Origin: Paraglomus brasilianum
Lineage: Eukaryota
Assembly (NCBI GenBank): GCA_910592345.1
Contig: CAJVPI010000191.1
Location: 1-44,063 of the forward strand
DNA: 44,063 nucleotides
Direction of reading: 5' to 3'
The position numbers and the translations under genes were made by a program. The first letter of the stretch is position 1; each line of letters begins with the position of its first letter. This document shows, in pieces, positions 11,085 to 22,757 of the stretch. Under the pieces are notes generated by a model. The model made no database searches. It worked only from the letters and a program-made list of their open reading frames with translations, and had not been told where the DNA came from.

Positions 11085-12747
11085 TAATATGTTCATGTTC
11101 TTATCAGCTGCTTCTGATATAATTTTTTTTTTTCATAATAAAGTTCATTCTGTGCATCAGCATGTCCTTGTTCAGCTGCTTTTTGAAACAATCTAACTAC
11201 TTTTTATAGTAACTATCAAGATTATACTGTGCACCAGCATGCCCTTTTTCAGCAGCTTTTTGATACAATTCAACTACCTTTTCAGCATCTTTCTCTACTC
11301 CAATTCCATACTGATAGCATAGGCCAAGTCTATTCTGTGCATCAGCATACCCTAATTCAGTTGCTTTTTGATATAATTCAACTGCCTTCTTAGCATCTCT
11401 ATCTACTCCAGTTCCATACACATAACACATGCCAAGGTTATACTGTGCACCAGCATGTCCTTGTTCAGCTGCTTTTTGATACAACTCAACTGCCCTTTGT
11501 TCATCATTTTCTACTCCAGTTCCACAATCATAACACATGCCAAGGTTATTCTGTGCACCAGCATGTCCTTGTTCAGCTGCCTTTTGATACAATTCAACTG
11601 CCTTCATGACATCTTTATCTACTCCAATTCCACATTGATAGCAATAACCAAGACTATACTGTGCAACAGCATTTCCTTGTTCAACTGCTTGTTTGTATAA
11701 CTTAACAGCCTTTTTAACATTCTTTCTACCCCAATTCCACTTTCATCAAAATTATATTGCCCTTGTTTGCTGTTAATGATAACTGAATCAATATTATACC
11801 TTTGTCCTGTTCTTGGTAATAGCATTATAGTGTTTGGAATATAATCTTTTTTCATTTGATAATTAAGTATATCATAACGCAATTTTCTTGGCAATAAATC
11901 ATCAAATAGAAAGCCTTTTCAGGTGACATATTGAAGAATCTTATGTGAGGTATACAATCTGCCATAATGTCTTTCACTGTGTTGATGTTGTGGGATGACC
12001 AATTGTCTATATTATTTCCAAGTTCTAGTTCAGGCACTTGTTTAGTGGCCCATTGCACAACTGACATCCAAATATCATCTTCTTCCATGCTGAGGTCATC
12101 ATTCTTGAGAAGATTGATCAAGGTCTCCTTTGGTAACATTGCAAAATCATTTGATTTAAACACAAGATTTGGGTGTGAAACCATAATTTGATTGCAATAA
12201 CCCAGAAGCCCTTTTAAAGGAGCAGTAGAGAGAGCATACTTATGAACTATGACAATATTCTGTTCAATCCATGCCTTTTGTTTTTCAATCAAATAGGCTT
12301 CGATTGCAAAGAAAAGATCAAGTAATGCAAACTTGCTAGCTCCATCCAGAAGACTAAGCCAACCTACACATTTGCATGAATCATAGAAAATTTGCCCAGT
12401 ATAAATAAACCTATAAAATTTGTGTTGATATAATAAGCATGATATTTTGATACATATTTATATGGTTTAACATATGAAGTTTACCTAAGCAGAATTTCGA
12501 AAACATCAGGTGACACGTCTTCTAATGTCATAGCAGTCTTTTGAATCTCTTTAGACGTCTCTGTATTTCCGGTTAAGCTATTCTCAAAGAATGGGTTTCG
12601 CGTACACAATACTAACGCATGGGCGAGAAATATCTTGCTGTTTGGCTCCTTTCCAACATGAATTGAAATATCTGTATATTTGCCGCTTTTGTAAAGCTTC
12701 TCATAATCTGATAAAAGACTTGAGGACAAATCAACTATGATATTCAT
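11085..12747 (-). pseudogene. BTB/POZ-BACK-Sel1 repeat protein, frameshifted
   Basis: Exon 1 12747-12485 (YTDISIHVG...FLAHALVLCTRNPFF...VSPDVFEILLR), intron 12484-12411, then FIYTG...BACK (LLKNDDLSMEEDDIWMSVVQWA...IPHIRFF) and Sel1 repeats. Frameshifts near 11905, 11722 and 11200. Confidence 0.85.
11140..11760 (-). repeat. Sel1-like repeat array (108-bp/36-aa units)
   Basis: Four complete units of A.AQ(Y/N).LG.CY..G.GV..D...AVELYQKA.E.G plus degenerate flanking units. Confidence 0.9.
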
Positions 12748-14203
12748 TTTTGTGTGGAGTTTAGAGAATAAATTACTTCTTCGAGCCCATTGAGGTGTGG
12801 AAAGTCAAGAAAGCTGTAGACGTTGAGGTAAGTTCTCTATTTATTATTATTGATCTGTGTGAACATCGTAATCTGCAACTAGTGCAGTAGTGTGGGATTA
12901 AATATAAATCCGGGATCTATATTTATATACGACATATAAAACTATAGTTATTAAATACGATAATTTAAAAATATATTTGGAATGGTATATTAATATATTA
13001 ATATAGCTAAGAAAATAACAGGTGGGTGGTTTTATTGTTGTGGAAACCTTTGAATAACAACGACCATTGATAGTAACGTTTTTGTATTAGTATGGTCAAC
13101 TCTGTTTATAAGGACCTTTATTAAATCTGTGTTGTAACCTCTTAACTTATAGCAATCAGTAGTGTTTCTTATTCTGGCCAGACACGGTCATTGGACATTT
13201 CTATTTTATAATTAGAACTTTATTAACACACTCTCCTCCAAGATTTTTGGTTGTGATAAGCATGTACAGTACATCCTTTCATTGAACATTAACATCTTTC
13301 GTGTCGCCATCACAGTTTTATTTCCATTGACAGTATTCTCGGATCGTGTGTGCTATCGCTAATATATAATAGCGGAAGTAGTGATAGCAGTACATACCAC
13401 GGGGGAGCTGGGGGAAATGTTTTGAGATATTGTATGCGAAAATTTAATTCGCGAAATATAGTTCCAGCAGAACGACTCAATATCACTGAGACCAATACTT
13501 TTTTCGCGCATGAATATGTAATTACTCGTAGAATCAAGCTATTTTAGCACTTTTCATCCAACGCATTTTTACTACATTGGTGGCAAAGGTATCGTTATTT
13601 AATCATTATTGTATAGATGTTAGAGTAGACTAATAAATATAACGGCTTTTTTATTTACAACATTATATTTCTTAAGCGTGCACTTTCAACCTTAAATTTT
13701 CGAGTTTCTGATAAAATATTAGTACAATTATAGTTATTCTAACCAAGCTGTCTTCTTACGTGAAGTAACAATGTCTTTTTATGCAATCGGAAATTTCATA
13801 AAAATTGTCATTACAGTAACTATTTAAATAGTTCCTTTAATCAAAACATAATTGGAAAATGTTATGTGTCCTGTATGTTTGATTGTAAAGTAATATTCTG
13901 CATCGCGAAATAAAATCACATGGATAAAGTCCTGGCATGTCTAAATTTTATGGTAAAATCCAATAACTCAAAAACCAGGTGATGCTGTCTATTATACTTG
14001 TTATGACAGTTTATTGGAAATTGTTGTTGTAGATACTAGTCGTGCTTGATCTAATTGAAAAATCGTGTCTTCTATGTGTGCTGTCGTAATACTAATATTC
14101 CCGATTTGGAAGATCTCCACACAAATAGTGATGTCATGATATTTGAGAAGCTCGGTCATTCCTGGTGCACATAACTTCTGCCGCACATAAGGTAATTATG
14201 AAT

Positions 14204-14700
14204 ATGTCGCGCTTATTGATTTTAGTATACTATATTGATTGTTCATTTACTTATCCATTGTACATAGCATCAGTTTTATACGCTCGCCGTATTTACTTGA
14301 ATCGATCCAACAATTTCATCATCATAATAAGTCGATAGTATTCGCGATTGCATAAACGTACGAGAGACGAAATATAACACCATGAATGCATATACGTGCA
14401 TAACGGTTTGCTTAGAACCGATAACAAAAAGCGATCGATGGGTAGAGTGATGAATTATTTGATTCTTATGAGGTAAACACTCTAATTGATCAGTTATTAT
14501 GCACGTGGACCGCGTGTTTTAATAGACGTTGTTATAACGATTGTGTTTATACTCAAAATAGATATCGGGAATTAACTTCGGATAATGTCCGGATTATTAA
14601 AATCACTTCAAGAATACGTTTGATAAAGATTTAGGTATGAGGTATTCTGAGTAGACTGCGACCTGCAATGCCTGATTCAGCTGATCCTAACAAGCGTCCA
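14204..14700 (+). pseudogene. Heavily deleted relic (copy 4) of the local kinase family
   Basis: Colinear DNA matches to copy 1: 14337-14370 vs 6214-6246; tttgattcttatgag|gtaa (14458-14476) vs the exon 2 donor; ctgcgacctgcaatgcctgattcagc (14656-14681, LRPAMPDS) joined directly to ADPNKRP (14680-14700). Confidence 0.8.
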
Positions 14701-14949
14701 GCAGGATTTTTGTTTATGGGTTCATGGCGTCTATTGCAATAGACGAGGAGAAGCAGCTCCTTCAACAATATCGAAAATTTCATGGATACATAACATCTAC
14801 TGCGATGACTATATAAGACAGCCGGAATACGATCTTCTACACGAATGGAAAGCCTTATTACAATTCGAGAGGAGAGTTCAATTAATTATGTTTGGTGATC
14901 AGGGGAACTTTGAAAAAGTATCGGAAAACTGTAAATTAGTTTGTCAATA

Positions 14950-15299
14950 CAAGGAAAACCTCGTTATAAGAAACGCTCGATAAAAGAGATTGAGCACATG
15001 GAGTGTTAAAAAAGATTCCCGATAATCAAATACAATAAATCAGTCACGATATAAGAAATTACCCGATATAAAAGCTGCATTCGACAAAAAAAAGCCTGCA
15101 TTCCTGGTAGAATGAATCCTACAATGGACATTGCAATCTTGTAATGCAGAAAACAAACTGTTCTGGAGGACAGTGCAATAGCTTTGCTGAACAATTATGA
15201 AAGTCTATAATTAATGGCGTCTCTGTCATAGGACGTTCATAAATCATGAGAATTTGGTGGTCCGATCCACGGCTTTTCTTACAACGGGGATTTTACCAA
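14950..15299. mobile_element. Putative ~350-bp pogo/Tigger-like MITE
   Basis: Imperfect terminal inverted repeats: ta-caaggaaaacctcgttataagaaa ... tttcttacaacggggattttaccaa-ta. No credible internal ORF. Confidence 0.55.
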
Positions 15300-15370
15300 T
15301 AACACTGTCGATCCATTTATTGTTAACTGTTCAATGACGCGATGAGATGAGACACGCGTATTTGTTTACT

Positions 15371-15562
15371 TGGGATGATGCATCTTTAGTAAATATTGTC
15401 AGTTGTATGCATTATACCGTATGAGTGATTATATTTTTCCGATTGTGTGGTGCCCAGGATTGTCTTGGGATGGTGCATCTTTAGTAAATATTGACAGTTG
15501 TGTGCATTATATACCGTATGAGTGATTATATTTTTCCGATTGTGTGGCGCCCAGGATTGTCT
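15371..15562. repeat. Direct tandem duplication, 95/97-bp units
   Basis: 15371-15465 and 15466-15562 differ by 4 substitutions and a 2-bp indel. Confidence 0.95.
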
Positions 15563-18527
15563 GGGCGGGCCACGCCCTAATTCAATAACTGTAAGCCATC
15601 TTTTTCTTTAGAAATATTCCCTAATACCTCCCAATATGAGTGGGTATGTTCAATTAACTTCCGTATTTGCTAGATACTCTTCAATTTCGTATAAACCCAA
15701 CCTGGGCGTAACAAGACAGTGTTCTATATTATCGAATAAGTATATTAATGTAAAATGACAAGACATTGCAATATAAACAAGAGATATGACTAATGATACG
15801 TACGTATAACGCGGCCAAATATAAATATTTATTATTTGCAATACAAACAAAATTTCTGAATCACATCAGTGTCACATGATCTGCTCGAGTATTGTATACA
15901 TTAACTCGATCCGTAATATGTGAAAATTCGCTCGCCATCTTTTACAAATTGCTTTCAGATGATCGGTAGTCTGGTAGAGATCATTATTCAACATCCACTG
16001 ACTCCAATATTAGTGGTTAAGTATTAAAGAAACTGGCGATTTGCAGAAAAACTATTACATATTGTATTGGTTGTGAGAAGCCGCTTGTAGAAATCCACTT
16101 CAGATATTACTTCAATGCTTGCAGTACAATGATGCTAGTATTTTTCAGGATCCAAGTCTGTCGAGCATAAGCAGAATTGTTGCTATATAGTTCAGTAGTT
16201 GGAGATTTCGGTATTTGTTGATAAAACATAAATTCTGATGCTAACGATTAACTTACCGTAATATGCACGTTTGTTACAACATAATTTCAAATTGAAATGT
16301 CCGAGCCAAAGTGCTTTACGCTTGGCTTGTTTAATCACAACTAGCATTTATAGTACTTGTATGGATGGGCAGATACCATATTCCAACCTATGATGTAACT
16401 GAATATTACATTGTAAAAGCAGATTCTAGAATTGATTAAAGTTCATGCATGTTGCAAAACGACACGAGTCTCGCATGTTTAAAATAAATATATATAAAAA
16501 TTATTGCCTGCAAAGTTTCCGAACTGAATTTAGCAACCTTCACGTGCATAGATCACCCAAATCTGAATATTTTTAGGGGTTGCATCAAACTTCGAAAATT
16601 CCCAAACCCCTACTCGGATTCTCAAACAATACAGATGTCTTCTCCTTCAGACGACGATGGTACTCTCGATCAGTCTACCAATAATATTTATGTCCATGTA
16701 TGGATCCTGAAAGGCCGACGAATATGGCGCAGAAAGGTAATTCTGACATGGTATGTATCGGAGATCATATAAACACAACACGTGCTCTCTCTGATTTGTC
16801 ATGATAACGACCCGTTAACCCAATTGCTTTACAGAAGACGTCATGATGGCCTCAACTCGCCGATCCTCTCCAACATAAAGTCGATGCAAATAGACATCTC
16901 GTATATCACAGTTTCTGTGCTATCGAAGATCACGAAGTTCCCGTATTTAATCGGTTTAATTTGAACATAAATGGAATCATCCCGTGTCGAAAACGGTGCC
17001 AGCTAGCTACATTTGATATTACCCATTCAACTTTTGCGGATACACAAAGTCGGATAATTGAGTGAAAAGAGACTTGGAGACGAGCATTGTAAATTACGGC
17101 TTGTCGATTCGACACAACCTAACCATATGGTATTAGCATTGAAACATGCTATTCAAAAACGGGTTTGCGGAATAAGCGTCGTGTAAATGATAAATAACAA
17201 ATAGTTGTAGTTCCGTGAATGAACATTACTATTGACCGATATTGACATATCTTTAATAACAAGTAAGTTGGATTCGAACCAACATAAAACTGTTTCCCGC
17301 AACAATAGCACATTATTAATAGTTGATGGCGTGAGAATTCGATAATGCTATTTATATTATCGCTATAATCGTTATTAACCATCAATGTTCGTCTGGGTTT
17401 TTATAGTTGCTTGGCCAAATTTCCTTTGGAAGACATATATATAGTAAACTTAAAAGGGCAATTTGCCAAGAGGCGATAAACAAAATCTTACCAAATATTA
17501 CCGTGCTAATCAATTCATATTCCGCATGCTAAACTTTGGTGAGTCATTCGAGTTAACCCGATATATCTAGTTGGTCGAATTATGTGATTTTTATTCTTGA
17601 CACGGTTTTGTTGATCGTCCTCTTTTGGTTTTTGTGTTGATACATGTTTGGTCTGACAACTGTTGGATGGGTTTGCCCGCATATTTGCATAGGATTGATT
17701 CTCTCTTCTTTCAACGGTAATGTATATTACGTAGGTGACCGTGTCCATTTATCTGTAGAAGGTGGTGCGTTCTATTAGAAGTCTGTGAAAGTTGTGTAAT
17801 GTAATGTCATGTGGACACCAAACAACACTGATCAACACCCTTAATTGTTCCATCTCTTCTTTGTTCTGTAATGAAGTTTAAGCATGTCCAAACCAAAACT
17901 CTCCCTTTCGACTTATAAGTGCAAACTTAACATTGACATGGGACTGATATAGTGCATCAACATTATGTACGGTCATCCTTTCTAAAACAATTGCAACACT
18001 GTTCGTGAGAATGCAGCTTGCGTCATATAACCTTTATATTTTGTTCTACTGTGGGGACAGCAAATAATTGAATCCTAAACATTACACAGACATAAAAGGT
18101 AAATTAATGTAGACAATCACAATATATTCCGTATTTTACGTACATATTATTAATATTTCTCTTTTTTAACTTTATTGTGCATGGTACACGAATATATTTT
18201 GTCTCGCTTAAACTATTTTCTTAGATCTTTAAAAAGGGTCAAATCCCCCTCGATGACTTTGTCCTTTGTCCTCTCGTTTGTCTATTCAGATCGTATATTG
18301 GAGACGGACATTTTTGGGGCTTCCCACCAGTAAAGAACCCAGCCTCACGCCACAAACAGGTCTCATTAACCCTCGCATCGCACAAATCAACCCAAAACGG
18401 TTTCATATTCCCCGCCCCCCGCACACCATACAAAAATTCCAACCTGGATAAGCGAACAGCTACACTCGTTTTTACACTCCCACCACCTACTTGTATTTAT
18501 TCACGTACGCTCCCCTCTTCCCGCAAA

Positions 18528-19579
18528 ATGTCTAAAACATTATTGCCCACACACTACCAAATCCCCCACTCTAATAAAAAACTACATGACCGTGTCTGGC
18601 GAACAAAGAAATTTCGCATTCTTTCGGCAACTCTCTTGATATTTCTTTGTTCGCTATGGGCGGTTGCAAGCTTCAGCGGCACGCATTTCAATTTCGACAC
18701 ATTGCGGCCGTATCGAAATAATGCTGCCGCAATGGCTGCTGTCAGCGCGCTTGGGGAAGGTGGCGAAGAAGGAATGCAGGCACTCGAAGTGCAGACACAC
18801 GAATTCGTGTATGGGAAGGGACATCACTTTGGAATTTACGACATGTTCGTCGACGAGGAAGAAGATTACGATTACGAATGGGGATTCTGGGATTCTGGTC
18901 GTGGGAAGGCAAAGAGTGAGGACAAGAATCTGGACAAGGCCAGCGAAAGTGTCGAGAATAAGAAAGAGAGCGAGAATGACAAGGACAATGACGAGAATGA
19001 CAAGGACAATGCCGAGAACGATAATGAAACGAAAGAAACAAGTATAGAGAACGAGATACAGGACATTATCGACAAACATAAAATTGTAATATTTAGCAAG
19101 ACATACTGTTCGTAAGTAATTGTGTGTGGTAATGGGCTTCGGGAGGTGGGGAGTGTAAACTATAGAGGCAATTCGTCTGTCCGGATTGACAAGTACACCA
19201 ATTAACTTGTTTCGTTATAATCAAACAGATACTCTCGAAGAGCCAAGCATGTACTATCTCAATATTTCATCTCACCCCGTCCTCACATAATGGAAGTTGA
19301 TCTCGAAGGTGACTTGTCATTCACATCGCACGTTACGTCATCGCTGGCTTTCTGATCACTAATTTGTCCTGTGTAATACTCCTTGTAGATAAACCCAATG
19401 AAATAGCATCATTTCTCAAGAACGTCTCTTCTCGTAGTACATTTCCCAACATCTTTGTGTCTGGCCATTCGATTGGTGGCAGCGATGAATTGGCTGAGAT
19501 GCATGCCGATGGAAGTCTAAAAGAACTTTTAAAGAAGGCAGGAGTACTCGTCGATGATGATAAGCCTGTTTCTGCGTAA
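18528..19579 (+). CDS. GRX6: Monothiol glutaredoxin with N-terminal membrane anchor (Grx6/Grx7 type)
   Basis: Exons 18528-19111, 19229-19308, 19389-19579. Spliced sequence gives IVIFSKTYCSYSRRAK (CSYS active site), STFPNIFV and IGGSDEL. Hydrophobic ILSATLLIFLCSLWAVASF segment followed by an acidic linker. Confidence 0.9.
18971..19020 (+). repeat. 21-bp coding tandem repeat (ENDKDND) in the glutaredoxin acidic linker
   Basis: cgagaatgacaaggacaatga / cgagaatgacaaggacaatgc / cgagaacg. Confidence 0.9.
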
Positions 19580-20881
19580 TTTTTAGAATGAGAAAAAGCT
19601 AGACATGATTACGGTTGTGTATTATTATTACACATTGATGAGAATCATATATGCCGACCGAACGAACGCTTGCCCGATGTAAATCAAAAGTTGGGGTCAC
19701 AAAGTCTGATGACAATAGTTTATACGCTTTATGCCTGTTTATGAATTTAATCTTTTTGAAGATGTCTACTTCAATACTCTTGTAAAATAACAGTATTTAA
19801 TTGAATTCAAAAAAAATCAAACGATGTACGTTTGTTTGTCAATAATTCTAAGATTTTCCAAACACCCCATCTTTCCGCCTTCCGCACCTGCCCCCTCCAA
19901 CACTTCCTGCCTAACACATGTAATTTCTCATCTCCCTTTTTTACAAAGAATAAAAAGGAAAAAACAAACTTTTGATTAGTAATTTGAGAATATTCTTGAT
20001 TTCTAAGCAGAAAAACGAGAGAGAGCAATATGACAAGTCCAAGTCTCGTGGTTTCACAATATGTAACATCGGAGTCACACGTTGGAGTTGCATAAATGCT
20101 TGGGGAAGGCGGGGTTGTGTGGAAGCTAAGATGTATATATGTATGCAAGTAAAGTGATCGAACAACCCCAAGCTGCATAATGGAAGGGATCATTGCAGTT
20201 TGATTGTCAAATGAAGTAGATCTCTTGTCATTGGATCGGGAGTGGGGGGTAAACCATAATTCAGCGGCAGATGATTCGTGCAAGCATGTCTTTCTTATTT
20301 TTAACGTTCGGTCTCGATCTCACTTCCCCGCCCCGATGAATAAGAGATGAACACAGGTTTAAGTTATCGTGATCAACCTAACGTTCGGATCGGTTAACTA
20401 TAATTAATGATTCATGTAAGGTGTATATTTTAAGATGGGGGGTGTAATTTAATATATTGTTTGAGATGTCGTTCAATAGAAGGAACAATCCGAGCTTGAG
20501 TTTCCTTTTCACTTGTTTTTGCGCATTATTTTATTTCCGTATTTTCTCCCTTTTTTTTTTTTTTTTTTAATTTGCAGATTACAATCAAACACTATGTTTG
20601 ATAATATGATCAATCATGCATATTTTTATCAAATATGTAACTAGATGAGACAAAAAAAGAGGCTGTATCGTATCGCCGTAGTTTGTTTTTTTTTTAAAAT
20701 TATTGCTGCAAATGCATTACATCTGCCGATTTGCAGTTTCTTTTATCTATACCCTTCTCCTGACCAATTTTATCTAACTTCAAATACCGTACGATGTGTG
20801 GTTGTGTATTATATACAAACTGATCAGTTTCAGTAATTGGATCGAATAATCCGTTTATCCCGCCCGGCTGGATAATATAAG

Positions 20882-21835
20882 TCACATTGTGAGATCTATC
20901 ACTGGTATTGGACTGGGATCTTTGTTGGAGTCATTAGCATTTTTGTTATCCGCACGAATTTTACGTTTGCGGTACGGAGATAATCCAAACGATGTCGGAG
21001 TGCCGATTATCGGGTACTCCCATTGCTTTGACGTATCATTTACTGCCGACACCACTCTGTCAGATGGCTCGGACGTGGTCGTTGGATATTTGACAATGGT
21101 TTTATGTTTTTGCGCTGTTGGATTCGTCGTATTCGCTGATGCTTGCGATGAAGACGATTGTTCTCCTAGTTTGAGATCTTGCAAATGTGTTTCCACTCTC
21201 ACTGACGGTTCGTGTCGTCGCTGTTCCCCACACGTCGCTTCTTTACGTGACTACGTGTTGTAATGAGCATATTGTCAGAAACAAATGCAATCAAAACAAT
21301 TCAGATGAGAAATGATCGATTTATTATTACCTTTTCGACTCCTGTAGATATTCCACTACCGGCATCATTTCCGACTATCGTCTGCGGTGATGTCTCACTC
21401 TGAATCCCACGGTCCATATTATTAACCCCCCCACATAACACAAACACTGTGTTAGGACTCCAAAAGTAGCCCTCTTTATTGAGAGGAGCGCAAGTAATTG
21501 CGTTTCTAGGCAAGCCCACGGCGGCGGCAGCCGCCGCGGCTTTGCTTTTCTGCCTGTATATTCGTTTAGTTTTAGGCGAATTACTTGGAGGAATATCCCC
21601 AGTCACGATTTGCTCATAACCACCCACCGTCATAGAATCATTATTATTCATTATGAGTGTGGCAGTCTCATCGCATTTATTTGCAATGAGATTGTCACAC
21701 TCTTTCCACGACGACATGACGGCGGGTTGGTAATTGGATATAATCTGAAGATAATTTCATGATTTATATTAATATGTATTATAATTGTATATACATACAA
21801 GTAAAGACAAACGAGTTATGCGATTTCAATACCAT
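20882..21835 (-). CDS. Hypothetical low-complexity protein (~261 aa) with basic NLS-like cluster and C-terminal SIM-like motif
   Basis: Proposed exons: ATG 21835-21833, 21744-21331, 21250-20882. GT-AG phase-0 introns join the two track ORFs in frame. RKRKIR and terminal PVIDLTM*. The start could instead be 21717. Confidence 0.6.
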
Positions 21836-21910
21836 GTCCTATATCCTGCGTCTCCTCTGTGAGCGAGAGACGGATGCGACTGAGGGGGGGGGGAGTTCCT
21901 GCTAGATAGA

Positions 21911-21937
21911 TTAGGGTTAGGGTTAGGGTTAGGGTTA
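21911..21937 (+). repeat. Interstitial telomeric repeat (TTAGGG)4TTA
   Basis: Four perfect TTAGGG units; a G10 run lies at 21884-21893. Confidence 0.97.
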
Positions 21938-22715
21938 ATATTTAGTGTTTTGTTTAGTAATGTGTTCAAGGTGGAAAACGAGAGCGAACAGATAATATAC
22001 ACCAGGCGTTATATGTAACATCTTATAAAACGTATTATGAAACATGTATTGCATGAAAAGACAGATTTATTGTGTGCAACTTTTAACAATGATTAAAACT
22101 GCAGCAGACCTTTGCTTATAGCGTAAGGTTTTGAAAACAAAATTTATTTAGACTCACCTCTGTAGATAAATAATTCTATGGTGATAATAAAAGAAGAAGA
22201 TGGTTTTTTTAAAAGAGTGAAGAAGAAGAGAGCAAGTGTCGAACATCGGGTGGGATAGGGAGTTTTTTAATCCCCTAATAATCGGTTGCCATTGGTCGAA
22301 TTTGATATGAATCACCAATGTTTATCTTTCTATAGAGATAAGATAATTAATAGTAATATCTTATACCCGGCCCGGAAAAAATGGGCTTAGCATAGATAAA
22401 AGCAATTTATTTGATGTATGCTAAAAAAAAGAGACTTTCATATGCAATCAGGCATCGTTCCTGTTTACATTATTTCAATTTCCTATATACTTACACGTTC
22501 GTCAATGGTAACTTTTTAACTATACTTTCTATTGCGAAGAGAACAAGGAATAAATAAAGACTTTCTTCAACAATTTAAAGAAAAAACTAGATTCTACGCA
22601 TACCAAGAAACTTTGTCTTCAACTTGTCGAAATTATGCTCGAGATGTTAGATGGGTTTCTTAGAGATGGAAATGAGAGATAAAGAAAGTACAGATATAGT
22701 CTTTAGGATAGGCGA

Positions 22716-22757
22716 TGCGATGGATGCGATAACTGCGATAATTGCGATAATTGCGAT
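22716..22757. repeat. 9-bp-period repeat (TGCGATnnn x5) in the divergent intergenic region
   Basis: TGCGAT at 22716, 22725, 22734, 22743 and 22752; three units contain GATAA. Confidence 0.85.

Noticed and set aside
16636..16773. Short ORF MSSPSDDDGTLDQ resembling SSSDDDGYDLEW of kinase 2
   Set aside because: Similarity is confined to a low-complexity patch, with no downstream colinearity.
18654..19099. Several overlapping antisense and alternate-frame ORFs
   Set aside because: Shadows of the repetitive acidic linker of the glutaredoxin.
20551..20568. Poly-T tract as a retroposed poly(A) tail
   Set aside because: No TSD or adjacent retrocopy; a simple homopolymer.
21911..21937. True telomere or telomerase RNA template
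   Set aside because: Internal, with genes on both sides. Telomerase templates usually hold about 1.5 repeats, not four, and no supporting structure was seen.
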